Shown: positions 1-9,555 of the stretch, piece by piece
Layout of the letters: every line of letters starts with the position of its first letter
How positions within the stretch are numbered: position 1 is the stretch's first letter
Origin: a virus
Lineage: Duplodnaviria; Caudoviricetes
Length of the DNA: 59,423 nt
Direction: 5' to 3' (one strand)
Virus record (IMG/VR): IMGVR_UViG_3300044723_010080
Coordinates: 1 to 59,423 of that record
Made by a program: the position numbers and the translations under genes
The notes under the pieces: generated by a model
Told to the model about the DNA's origin: nothing
The model's input: only the letters and a program-made list of their open reading frames with translations
The model's database searches: none

Positions 1-1089
1 ACAGATCCTATTGTACCACTTCACATTAAAGGTAATGTAGTTACTGAAGAACAAATGCTAGGTGGTTCAGGTAGCGGGATGCTCATTCTTGAAACAATAG
101 AGACACAACCGGAAGCCTCTGATGTAGGTAGACTCACTATCGGAATTCTCCCGTACAAGCAAAATGAAAACGGAAATTGGCTTGAAGGTAACTCATTTAT
201 TGCTGCTAGAACTGCTGATCTGCTTTTACAACCTGCAAATGGTAATGTATGTATAGGTACAACTGAAAGTTATGGATTTAGATTTTGTGTTGATGGTAGA
301 TCTCATTTTGTTCATGCGAGTGATGGTAGTGTTGCGACGATGACTCAAAACCGCAACACATCTAACGCTGGATTGTTTGGTAATGGTACAACTCTCGGTG
401 GATTTCAAGGTTCATTGAATTTGTGGACCAGCAACAGCATTGCTGAAACCGATCCGGGTGGATTAGCTGGTTGTTTGGTTGATGAATTTGTGTCACTCGA
501 TTTCACCGCTGCATACGCGAGTAACTCGACCACCACCGCAGGTTGGACATGTGGGAGAATCGGTACGATATTCGAAGGTTTGACTCAATATCAATCTGGA
601 CAACCCACCACTCAAAACCGAGCAACCTCTATGGGGTTTGCTGTGTCAACACCGGGTGGTACTGTAGAGGAGAGAATGCGTATAAAATCAGATGGACATC
701 ACATCTACAAAGCCACAAATTCAAGTCAGGATGACATGTGGACATTGCGGCGTGGATTTTATATTGGTGCAGACGTACGCAGACGTGTGAGGATCATACT
801 GAGTAATTACGAGGCTGTATATATACGGATTGCTGCACAAAGAACTAACTCTGGTGACAGCATGGTCTGGTATCATGGATATTTCAGTTACAACTTTAAC
901 GAGAGATATACAAATGCTATCGATAGTAGAATGAGTAGTGGTACAATCAGCATAACATCGGTTTCATCGATAAACGGTGGCCAGGCTTACTTCGACTTTG
1001 ATTTCAATGTATCTGCTAGCCCTGCTAAAGGAAGCATTGTTGTTGAGAGCGTCGCAGGGAATGCAACTGTACAAGTAACAACATATTAA
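1..1089 (+). CDS. Tail fibre-like protein, 5'-truncated by the window edge
   Basis: Frame is open from base 1 (TDPIVPLHIKG..., the tail of a GIGT repeat). Contains GNVCIGTT and ERMRI motifs shared with the neighbouring fibres. Confidence 0.75.
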   Translation, partial: TDPIVPLHIKGNVVTEEQMLGGSGSGMLILETIETQPEASDVGRLTIGILPYKQNENGNWLEGNSFIAARTADLLLQPANGNVCIGTTESYGFRFCVDGRSHFVHASDGSVATMTQNRNTSNAGLFGNGTTLGGFQGSLNLWTSNSIAETDPGGLAGCLVDEFVSLDFTAAYASNSTTTAGWTCGRIGTIFEGLTQYQSGQPTTQNRATSMGFAVSTPGGTVEERMRIKSDGHHIYKATNSSQDDMWTLRRGFYIGADVRRRVRIILSNYEAVYIRIAAQRTNSGDSMVWYHGYFSYNFNERYTNAIDSRMSSGTISITSVSSINGGQAYFDFDFNVSASPAKGSIVVESVAGNATVQVTTY

Positions 1090-1130
1090 ATCACACACCA
1101 AGATGACAGCAATTTGAATAAATAATCACG

Positions 1131-4121
1131 ATGAGCACACTAGAAGGAAAATCAATAGCAACAACATACAAGGACTTGTTACAGGTCAGCAACAACAACA
1201 TTGGTATAGACAGCACCATACGACCCATAGAAGATGGTGAAGGGACACAGAGTGCGTTGGCTCTGAGCACTGACACTGTGGAGATACGTGGATCCATCAT
1301 TCCATCAACCAACTCAACTTTTGATATTGGTAGTGCGGAACGCAAGATCAGACACTTGTACCTGAGCAGCAACTCGTTGTATGTGGGTGATTTGCAATTT
1401 TCTGAACAAGATGTACAAGAGATTAAGAATGTACGTGGAGGGGCATACGCAACAAGCGCTCAAGGAGCATTGGCTGAAACAGCCATACAACCAGGTGCGT
1501 TTGCGTTCAGCTTGTTATCCGAGATACCAACCACACTGGCTGGTTATGGTATCATGGATGCAGCCACAGCAGCACAAGGTGCGGCAGCAGACACAGCACT
1601 GGCCAAAGCCAGCACCGCGTTGCAACCAGGTGGTGTGAGCTTCACTGATGATCTGACCGACCGACCAACCACCATCGCTGGTTATGGTATCACAGATGCC
1701 TTCAATGGTAGCTTCAGCAATTTGACCGGTCGGCCCACAAGTCTAGCAGGATACGGTATCACAGACGCCGCCACCAGTGCACAAGGAGACAAAGCGGACA
1801 GCGCGTTGCAACCAGGTGCCAACATACCTTTTTCCAACGTGAGTGACAAACCAACGAGCTTGGCTGGTTATGGTATCACAGACGCAGCCACAAGTGCACA
1901 AGGAGACAAAGCGGACAGCGCGTTACAACCAGGGGTGAACATTCCATGGTCCACAGTGAGTGACAAACCCACAAGTCTTGGTGGTTATGGTATCTTGGAC
2001 GCTGCCACCAGTGCTCAAGGAGACAAAGCGGACAGCGCGTTGCAACCTGACACCAACATACATGTGAACACCATGCATGTTAGTGGAGGTAAAATTTATG
2101 GACCAGCCACAATGTACATCGACCCGGAAGCAATTGGCGACAACACCGGCAAGCTGGTGGTGCTAGGTGATTTGCAAGTGGATGGAGTCACAACAACCGT
2201 GAACAGCACAACTGTTTCAGTCAGTGGTAAAACTATAGAGCTGGCAGGCGGTGCCACACAAGTTTCAGAAGCAGATGGAGCGGGTGTGACAGTAGCAAGT
2301 AGTGATGCAAGTATGTTGTATAAAACAGTCACCGATTCATGGAATTTCAACAAACAATTAAACGTAACAGGTAATGTAGGCGTTGGTACCACGAATCCTG
2401 CTGCCAAGTTAGAGATTCAAACCTCTTCAACAGGTCAAGAGGGAATTGTTATTAGAAATTCTCTTGGTATCATTACATCTGAGATTGGTCACCTAGGTGA
2501 TGATTCTGCATTCTTATCCATAAAAGATAAAGATGGTAATAATCAATGCATATTGAGAAATAATGGAGATTCATATTTAAATGCATTGGAAGGTAATGTA
2601 GGTATTGGTACTAGTTCGCCTACGTCCATTAGTGGGTATACTGGTGCGACATTAGATAACTCCACCGATGGGAGCTTTATTGATCTTCAAAGCAACGGTG
2701 TAACGGCGTTTCGTTTCCTTACAAATGGTAGCGTAAATAACATTGAATCACGCACTGAGACACCTATCGTGTTTTTACTTAATTCTCAAGATCATACTAA
2801 TATGGTTGAAGCCATGCGCATCACCTCCGACGGCAATGTAGGTATTGGTACTACGAATCCTAATGCGAAGTTGGAAATAAGTGGAGGTGGAACTGGTGTA
2901 TGGTTAAAAACCAATAATTTAACAAATCGAGCTGATTCTACAATGGCAGGTCAAAATTATATTAATTTAACAGATCAATTGCCATCCGATGAAAATTCAT
3001 TTGAAATAGGGCCCGGATATATCAATTTAAACAGGGATGATAGTGTACCCATAAATCAATTATCTTTTGGCATGAACGGTACACTCGGAGCTGCCATAGA
3101 GGTAGGTGGGGGTACTCCTAGTTCACCAAACAACCAACACTCATTGAGGTTTAAGGTTGGTAGGGATAATCAAGATAACAAGGCGGGTATTGAAAGAATG
3201 CGTATCGACTCCAACGGCAATGTAGGTATTGGTACTACGAGTCCTGATAGTGAATTGCACGTAAACGATGGAGATAGTGCTTCTCAAATTTATATTACAA
3301 GTAGCGACAATTCACTTGCTGGGCTTTATTTAGGTGACCAAACACGTGGTTTTCGTGGCGGTGTAATATACAATAACTCTACTGATTCTCTAGGGTTATG
3401 GGGTTACGCTGCTACAGGTTTCACAGCTCAAAGAATGACCATCGACTCCGCAGGCAATGTTTTAGTGGGCGGCTCAAGTCAAAGCGGTACTGCTAATAAA
3501 GTTATGGTCAAAAGTGCAGATAAGTTTGGCCTATCTATTATTGACACTACTGCCCAAGCAATCGGAGTTGGCGGTGCATTAAATCTTGGAGGCAATTATC
3601 GTACGTCTGGAGATGCACAAGCGTTTACAAGAATTGCGGCGCTAAAAGACAATTCAGCCGATGGTAACTTTGCCTATAGCATGGGGTTTTATACTACTCC
3701 TAATGGTGGCACGTTTACAGAACGCATGCGTATCGACAGCTCGGGCAATGTAGGCGTTGGTACTACGAATCCTGATGCGAAGTTGCATGTTGAAGGTCAT
3801 ATGATCTCCAGTTCACATAAATCAGGTCTGATGTACACAGTAGCAAACAGCTCTGCGTACCAAGCTAGTCAAACCATAAGTGTGACATTGCCCAGTATCG
3901 CGGAAGGGAACACATATCATTATACTGTGACGCGTCACAAGGGTGCAGGAAACAGACAGATATCAACTGGATACATAAGTTTCAACGGTCAAGCCGGTGG
4001 CGGCATTCATCCATTGGTCAACACTGGTGTGGCTGATGTTGTGATCTCTGGAAACACAGTGTCCGTGACAAATAATACTGAACTAGCTGTATTGAAGATG
4101 ACTTTTCTCAGAGTCGCATAA
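1131..4121 (+). CDS. Long tail fibre protein (996 aa)
   Basis: PTSLAGYGITDA repeats, multiple GNVGIGTTxP...ERMRI modules, and the shared N-terminus MSTLxGKSI..TYKDLLQVSN. TAAATA lies 6 nt upstream of the ATG. Confidence 0.85.
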   Translation: MSTLEGKSIATTYKDLLQVSNNNIGIDSTIRPIEDGEGTQSALALSTDTVEIRGSIIPSTNSTFDIGSAERKIRHLYLSSNSLYVGDLQFSEQDVQEIKNVRGGAYATSAQGALAETAIQPGAFAFSLLSEIPTTLAGYGIMDAATAAQGAAADTALAKASTALQPGGVSFTDDLTDRPTTIAGYGITDAFNGSFSNLTGRPTSLAGYGITDAATSAQGDKADSALQPGANIPFSNVSDKPTSLAGYGITDAATSAQGDKADSALQPGVNIPWSTVSDKPTSLGGYGILDAATSAQGDKADSALQPDTNIHVNTMHVSGGKIYGPATMYIDPEAIGDNTGKLVVLGDLQVDGVTTTVNSTTVSVSGKTIELAGGATQVSEADGAGVTVASSDASMLYKTVTDSWNFNKQLNVTGNVGVGTTNPAAKLEIQTSSTGQEGIVIRNSLGIITSEIGHLGDDSAFLSIKDKDGNNQCILRNNGDSYLNALEGNVGIGTSSPTSISGYTGATLDNSTDGSFIDLQSNGVTAFRFLTNGSVNNIESRTETPIVFLLNSQDHTNMVEAMRITSDGNVGIGTTNPNAKLEISGGGTGVWLKTNNLTNRADSTMAGQNYINLTDQLPSDENSFEIGPGYINLNRDDSVPINQLSFGMNGTLGAAIEVGGGTPSSPNNQHSLRFKVGRDNQDNKAGIERMRIDSNGNVGIGTTSPDSELHVNDGDSASQIYITSSDNSLAGLYLGDQTRGFRGGVIYNNSTDSLGLWGYAATGFTAQRMTIDSAGNVLVGGSSQSGTANKVMVKSADKFGLSIIDTTAQAIGVGGALNLGGNYRTSGDAQAFTRIAALKDNSADGNFAYSMGFYTTPNGGTFTERMRIDSSGNVGVGTTNPDAKLHVEGHMISSSHKSGLMYTVANSSAYQASQTISVTLPSIAEGNTYHYTVTRHKGAGNRQISTGYISFNGQAGGGIHPLVNTGVADVVISGNTVSVTNNTELAVLKMTFLRVA
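1528..2049 (+). repeat. Intragenic PTSLAGYGITDAATSAQGDKADSALQPG repeats (~120-bp units)
   Basis: Near-identical DNA units such as caaggagacaaagcggacagcgcgtt occur at ~1781, ~1899 and ~2016. Confidence 0.85.
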
Positions 4122-4144
4122 CCTGTATGATTTAATTATAAAAA

Positions 4145-4228
4145 ATGAACAGTTACGAAACAGCCACACTCACACTGACCTCGATCAAACAAACACGTAT
4201 TGAAGCGTTAGAAAGCAAATTGACATGA
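4145..4228 (+). CDS. 27-aa mini-ORF or relic resembling the C-terminal coiled coil of a tail-fibre chaperone
   Basis: Translates MNSYETATLTLTSIKQTRIEALESKLT. Its TGA overlaps the next ATG (ATGA), and TRIEALESK resembles TRIENLENK at the end of the 6103 gene. Confidence 0.4.
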   Translation: MNSYETATLTLTSIKQTRIEALESKLT

Positions 4229-5805
4229 GCACATTACAAGGCAAGAGCATATTCAACACGTACAAAGACTTGCTACAAGTGAGCAACGGCAATGCGGGTG
4301 TGGATGACACTGCCAGATACATAGAAGACGGAGAAGGCACACCAAGCATCCTAAGCTTGAGCACCACTCGTGTAGGTATTGGTACTACGAATCCTAGTGC
4401 GAAGTTGGATATTTTTGGTTCTAATTCATCACTTAAATTTACTAGAGACGCAGGAGATAGAAGTGCAGAAATGTTATACGATGGAACTAAGTTTTTAATA
4501 AAAGCACCTCTTGGTGATCGCTTAAGTATAACTGATAGTTCTTCTAACGAATTATTGACTGTAAATCCAAACAGTGGCAATGTAGGTATCGGTACTACGA
4601 ATCCTGATGTTAAGCTTGATGTACATGGAGTGGGTTATTTCAGAACTCCTACAGGAGGAGCATTAATTTCATCGTGGAGCACTGGAGCTTCTACTGGGGA
4701 GAATCAACCTGTATTATTACTTAGAACAAATGAAACTAGTGATGCTGATCGCATAAAATTAAACTCAGACGGAAACTCCTATTTCTACGGCGGTAATGTA
4801 GGTATTGGTACTACGACTCCTGGCGCAAAATTAGAAATTTTAGATTCTTATCAAGGTTACGACTCAAGTACCACACCCAACAGGTCATTAGATGTTCGCA
4901 CTGATTCACCTCAGAATAGTTACAGTTCGATCGGATTGGAGAGCAGATCACCTAACAACACTGATGCATCAATATCCACAATCACATGTGTGCCAGTTGG
5001 TAATGGTAGTGGTGCTCTCGCGTTTGGTACTAGACATCAGTATAGCTTTAATGAAAGAATGCGCATCGACTCCAGCGGCAATGTAGGTATCGGTACCACA
5101 AGCCCGAGCTCAAGTTACAAACTACATGTCGCGGATCCAGATGAGTCCAGGATTCTCATACAACGAACCACGCCTAATGGTGATGTGAGTGGCATCACGC
5201 TTCATAGTGTTGCGGGTGAAAGTGCAGGAGTGACGTACAACAGCAGAACCGGAGACATTAGATTCATGACATACGATCAAATACCAGACAGTCACGGTGG
5301 TTTAGAACTGATGACCAACAACGGTGATGGTACTGGAAACAAAATCGGCTTGAGAGTCACACAAGGAATATGTCAGAAGCCAGGTAATCCAGCATTCTAT
5401 CACAGAAGTTCCGAAGGAGATGGCAATGGACTCTCAACAGGTTTCAGAGGTGGTGGTACTGTGTACCATAACACAGGCAATCATTACAATAATACCACCG
5501 GCAGATTCACAGCCCCTGTCGCTGGAGTGTATTTTTTCGCGTTGTGGGTGCAAGAGGAAGGTTATTATGGTGAATGGGGCAGTCCTTACGGTAGATTCAC
5601 GGTGAATGGTGTTGATGTTAGGTGGTTTGGTGGAGACACTATGCTCGATTCACAGACAAGTGGTGAGCAATATTTCAACATGCACGCTAGCATATATCTG
5701 AACGTAGGTGATTACGTACAAGCCTTTTTGTACGGAACTAATGACACAGTGAATACGAGTATCGAAGATTCCATGGGTGGATTCGAGGGATTTTTTATTG
5801 GATAA
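4225..5805 (+). CDS. Tail fibre with C-terminal C1q-like domain
   Basis: Shared N-terminus, GNVGIGT repeats and a C1q-type motif NTGNHYNNTTGRFTAPVAGVYFF. Confidence 0.8.
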   Translation: MSTLQGKSIFNTYKDLLQVSNGNAGVDDTARYIEDGEGTPSILSLSTTRVGIGTTNPSAKLDIFGSNSSLKFTRDAGDRSAEMLYDGTKFLIKAPLGDRLSITDSSSNELLTVNPNSGNVGIGTTNPDVKLDVHGVGYFRTPTGGALISSWSTGASTGENQPVLLLRTNETSDADRIKLNSDGNSYFYGGNVGIGTTTPGAKLEILDSYQGYDSSTTPNRSLDVRTDSPQNSYSSIGLESRSPNNTDASISTITCVPVGNGSGALAFGTRHQYSFNERMRIDSSGNVGIGTTSPSSSYKLHVADPDESRILIQRTTPNGDVSGITLHSVAGESAGVTYNSRTGDIRFMTYDQIPDSHGGLELMTNNGDGTGNKIGLRVTQGICQKPGNPAFYHRSSEGDGNGLSTGFRGGGTVYHNTGNHYNNTTGRFTAPVAGVYFFALWVQEEGYYGEWGSPYGRFTVNGVDVRWFGGDTMLDSQTSGEQYFNMHASIYLNVGDYVQAFLYGTNDTVNTSIEDSMGGFEGFFIG

Positions 5806-5821
5806 ACTATATATATTTACA

Positions 5822-6106
5822 ATGAACGAGATAATAATTACATTAACAGACACACAATTGAAAGGCTTGAGCCATGTTGCTCTGGACCCGCAAGAGTGGA
5901 TACAAAATGCCGCGGATAATCGTGCCAGGCAAGCCAATGACGAGATTGTTGATTTGACTGTGAAGCACTGCTTGGACAATGGTATACAGATACCCACCAG
6001 CAGAGAAGCTATTGTGACATACGCATTTGACAATGGTCTGGTCATCACGGCTGCTGAACAACAACAACAATTCTTGGCTAGCAAGCCAATGTCCGGCGCG
6101 GAATGA
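5822..6106 (+). CDS. Small fibre-associated protein (94 aa)
   Basis: ATG at 5822 follows the previous stop. MNEIIITLTDTQ...DPQEWIQNA..NRAR resembles small proteins that follow C1q fibres in marine phages. ATGA overlap with the next gene. Confidence 0.7.
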   Translation: MNEIIITLTDTQLKGLSHVALDPQEWIQNAADNRARQANDEIVDLTVKHCLDNGIQIPTSREAIVTYAFDNGLVITAAEQQQQFLASKPMSGAE

Positions 6107-8292
6107 CCTCATTAGCTGGCAGGACGCTGATCGACACATACCGAGATCTGTTGCAGATAAGCAACGGCAATGCGGGTGTGGATGACACTGCCAGATACAT
6201 AGAAGACGGAGAAGGAACACCAAGCATCTTGAGCTTGAGCACCACACGCGTGGGCGTGGGTACAGACACTCCGCAATACACATTGGATGTGGCGGGTGAC
6301 ATCAACATGACCGGCACGTTCAAAGTGAATGGTCAAGATGCTGTGTTCAGCAACTGGACGGTCGAGACAGACAACAGTTTGAGCAGATCCACCAACGTGA
6401 GCATCGTGGGAGATCTTGATGTGTCCGGTAGCATGTCTGTGGCCAATGTGCTCCAAGTGGCAAGCAACGGTGCAGTTGGAGGCGTGACACCCACGGTTGT
6501 GGGTCAAATCATAGCGTGGGATGGCGCCAAATGGGTTGTGGCAAACAACGCTGGTGCCAGCAGCAGCGGCAGCTCAAGCGAGGTACCAGCAGCGTTCAGT
6601 GCAGCTTTGACATCTGGTCAGAGTGTACACACCATAAATTTTCAACAAACATACGACTCTATACCATCCGTGGTGACAGATCTGCAGATCACTGGAGACG
6701 GAGACGTGATACCATATGTGATAACTGACGTGACCACATCAAGTCTCACAGTGACATTCACCGACAACATACCCAACAACAATTACAAGTTGAACATCTC
6801 ATTCGGTGGTCGTGATGTTTACTGGAGTCAGGATGTGTTGGACAGAATTAGTTACACGGCTGGCAATGTAGGTATTGGTACCACCATCCCTGTAGCAGAC
6901 CTTGAAGTTGCGGGTGTGATTCGTAGTTCATCTCCCCTTTTTCCCAATCGTCGCGCAGACTTTTTCGTCTCAAATAATGCGGACGGAAATTTGAATATAA
7001 ATTGTTATGATGACACATTATCAACATATCAACCTATATTCATCGACGCAAGTGAACTCTATTTAAATTCAAAAACCAACGGCAATGTAGGTATTGGTAC
7101 ATCGAATCCTGGTGCTAAGTTGGAAGTGCTTCAAGATTTGGATACATCTAGCGGGGCAAGTATATTAAAAGTAACTAACACTAGGTTAAATACTGGAACC
7201 TCTTCATCGGTTATTTCTTTAATTACTGACGAAGTCGATGGTAATACTGCTGATGAAAGAGTTCAGCTTGCGGGATCATATGACGGTACTAACGGTGGTA
7301 AATTAGATATACTTACAAATAATGGATTATCATTATCTCCTGTAGTCACCATTAAACACAACGGCAATGTGGGTATTGGTACCACCAGCCCAAATCACGT
7401 TCTACATGTACAAGGACCCAACGACACAACATTTGTAAACGGTAGATCCACTATGAATCTCACAGGTACAGATGCGTATGATCAAGATGCAGGTAGTGGT
7501 ATCAACTTTTGTGGGCGGTATCGATCGAATGGTGAAATCACCACTTTCGCGACAATTCATGCAGAACAAGAAAATGCAGATGGAAGTAGTTTCGACGGCT
7601 CGTTGGTGTTTGGTACAAGACGTACCGGAACTGGTTCGGAGAGTGATCTAGAGAGGATGCGCATCACGAGTCTCGGTGAACTCGCACTCAACACCACCTC
7701 TCCATGGTATGTGTACAATCAATCATCCGGGGAAGGAGCCATGAGCTATCTACCTCCGGTGTATGGTGCTCGGGCACCATGGGGCGCTACAAGCACTTCT
7801 GGTGGTAGTTTGATGATAAGCAATCATGCTGCTCATAGTTGGGCGAACGTTTACATCAATCGATTCGGTTACAGTTCTGGGTTGGATGGTAGGTTCATCG
7901 ATTTTATCATTAATGGAACCGGAGTTGGTGCATCGATCAGTATAAACAACACCGGTGATGGAGTCAATTACAACACAGGAAGTGACAGGCGACTCAAAGG
8001 TAACATTGTGGATATGACTGATGGTAAAGATGTGGTGATGCAGTTGAAACCACGACGGTTCATCTGGAAGAGCACTCATGCTGAGGGTGATGGATTCATA
8101 GCTGATGAATTGTCACAGGTGATTCCACATGCAGTGACCGGTGAACCAGACGCCACTAATGATGACGGTTCACCAAAATATCAAGGTGTTGATTACAGTA
8201 AAGTGGTTCCGGTGTTGACTGGTGCTTTGCAACAAGCATTACAAGAAATAGAACAACTCAAAACAAGGATAGAAAATTTAGAGAACAAATAA
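6103..8292 (+). CDS. Tail fibre with C-terminal peptidase S74 intramolecular chaperone
   Basis: SDRRLK...LKPRRFIWK...GFIADEL...VDYSKVVPVL followed by a coiled-coil end; GNVGIGT repeats. Confidence 0.85.
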   Translation: MTSLAGRTLIDTYRDLLQISNGNAGVDDTARYIEDGEGTPSILSLSTTRVGVGTDTPQYTLDVAGDINMTGTFKVNGQDAVFSNWTVETDNSLSRSTNVSIVGDLDVSGSMSVANVLQVASNGAVGGVTPTVVGQIIAWDGAKWVVANNAGASSSGSSSEVPAAFSAALTSGQSVHTINFQQTYDSIPSVVTDLQITGDGDVIPYVITDVTTSSLTVTFTDNIPNNNYKLNISFGGRDVYWSQDVLDRISYTAGNVGIGTTIPVADLEVAGVIRSSSPLFPNRRADFFVSNNADGNLNINCYDDTLSTYQPIFIDASELYLNSKTNGNVGIGTSNPGAKLEVLQDLDTSSGASILKVTNTRLNTGTSSSVISLITDEVDGNTADERVQLAGSYDGTNGGKLDILTNNGLSLSPVVTIKHNGNVGIGTTSPNHVLHVQGPNDTTFVNGRSTMNLTGTDAYDQDAGSGINFCGRYRSNGEITTFATIHAEQENADGSSFDGSLVFGTRRTGTGSESDLERMRITSLGELALNTTSPWYVYNQSSGEGAMSYLPPVYGARAPWGATSTSGGSLMISNHAAHSWANVYINRFGYSSGLDGRFIDFIINGTGVGASISINNTGDGVNYNTGSDRRLKGNIVDMTDGKDVVMQLKPRRFIWKSTHAEGDGFIADELSQVIPHAVTGEPDATNDDGSPKYQGVDYSKVVPVLTGALQQALQEIEQLKTRIENLENK

Positions 8293-8293
8293 C

Positions 8294-9514
8294 ATGAAAA
8301 ATCTATCAACACAAACGGCTATCATCAACAGTCTAGGAATTGGCACATCACCAGAAAGAGAATTACACATTAAATCAAGTAATGGTGCTCAAATTAAACT
8401 AGAATCAACTAGCTCAGCTGACTGGTCTGGTATACAGTTCGAAGGAGGTAACGGTGCTTTTGCTGGTTATTTAGGATTGGAGGACACAACTGGTACATTT
8501 TTTCATGACATATCAGGCAACAATTTTGAGCTTCGTGACACGGGTAGTGAGGTTGTTGTCGCTCCAACTGTTACAACCCCAGGTGCATTGTTACAAATTA
8601 CCAAAGACACAGCAACTGTATCATGTATAAGAGACTACGGAAACGGTCTGCAATGGGCTAAATTGTTGCAGCTCGGTAACGATCGATCTCGAGGAAGTTC
8701 AGAGACTGACAGAGCTGACGCGATACATGTGATAGCTAGTTGCACACAATTCTTGAGCGGCACAGGGTCATATATCTCAGGCGCAAACAGTGACTTTCAT
8801 CCAGATGGTGGTGCCTTCTGGGCATCACCGGCAATTTATAGATCCACCGGAGTCAGTGGCGGAACTTATCCATTTGACAAGTGGGGTGAGTTGATTTTAC
8901 AAGGCAGCTCATATGGCAGTAACTACAACATGGGCGTCACTGTTGCGACTTGGGATGGTGTTGATGGTGCCGAGCCACAAGCACGAGCCAGAATTTCGAA
9001 GGATGGAATACAATCTTTTAGTCAACCATTTGCATCCGTCAAGATGAACAGCGACAACAGTCAAGGTGGACAACTCAAAACTGTCGGTCCACCAGGTGGA
9101 GGTGCAGTTGTTGAGAGTAGTGATTTTGTAAATATAGAATTTGAAACAATTGAAGTGAACAGAGGCAATGTGTGGGATCCACAAAATTTCCGATTTGTTG
9201 CTCCTGTGGCTGGTGATTATCAAATATCATTCAACAGTAACATTGCTGTATGGAACATGGAAAGTCCTCCGAGTCTTGATGATAGTAGATACTTTTCTGT
9301 TTATGTAGTTAAGAATGGAGTCATGTGGGCCAGAGCCTACAACAGCAAGCTAACGAGTGATACATTCGAGAGATGGACACATGTGAGTCTCACGTATGAC
9401 ATACCATTACAAGCTAACGATTACCTGAGTATCGCTATTTGGTGCAACGGTGGTTATATCTGGGCTGATAGTGATGGTAATTACACAACAGCCAGTTTTA
9501 GATTGTTAGGATGA
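8294..9514 (+). CDS. Fibre/receptor-binding protein with C1q-like C-terminus
   Basis: LGIGTSP N-terminal module and NRGNVWDPQNFRFVAPVAGDYQISF C1q-type motif. Confidence 0.75.
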   Translation: MKNLSTQTAIINSLGIGTSPERELHIKSSNGAQIKLESTSSADWSGIQFEGGNGAFAGYLGLEDTTGTFFHDISGNNFELRDTGSEVVVAPTVTTPGALLQITKDTATVSCIRDYGNGLQWAKLLQLGNDRSRGSSETDRADAIHVIASCTQFLSGTGSYISGANSDFHPDGGAFWASPAIYRSTGVSGGTYPFDKWGELILQGSSYGSNYNMGVTVATWDGVDGAEPQARARISKDGIQSFSQPFASVKMNSDNSQGGQLKTVGPPGGGAVVESSDFVNIEFETIEVNRGNVWDPQNFRFVAPVAGDYQISFNSNIAVWNMESPPSLDDSRYFSVYVVKNGVMWARAYNSKLTSDTFERWTHVSLTYDIPLQANDYLSIAIWCNGGYIWADSDGNYTTASFRLLG

Positions 9515-9555
9515 TGTCATGATATTTTTGGCATGTCCGAATAAATAATTATGAT

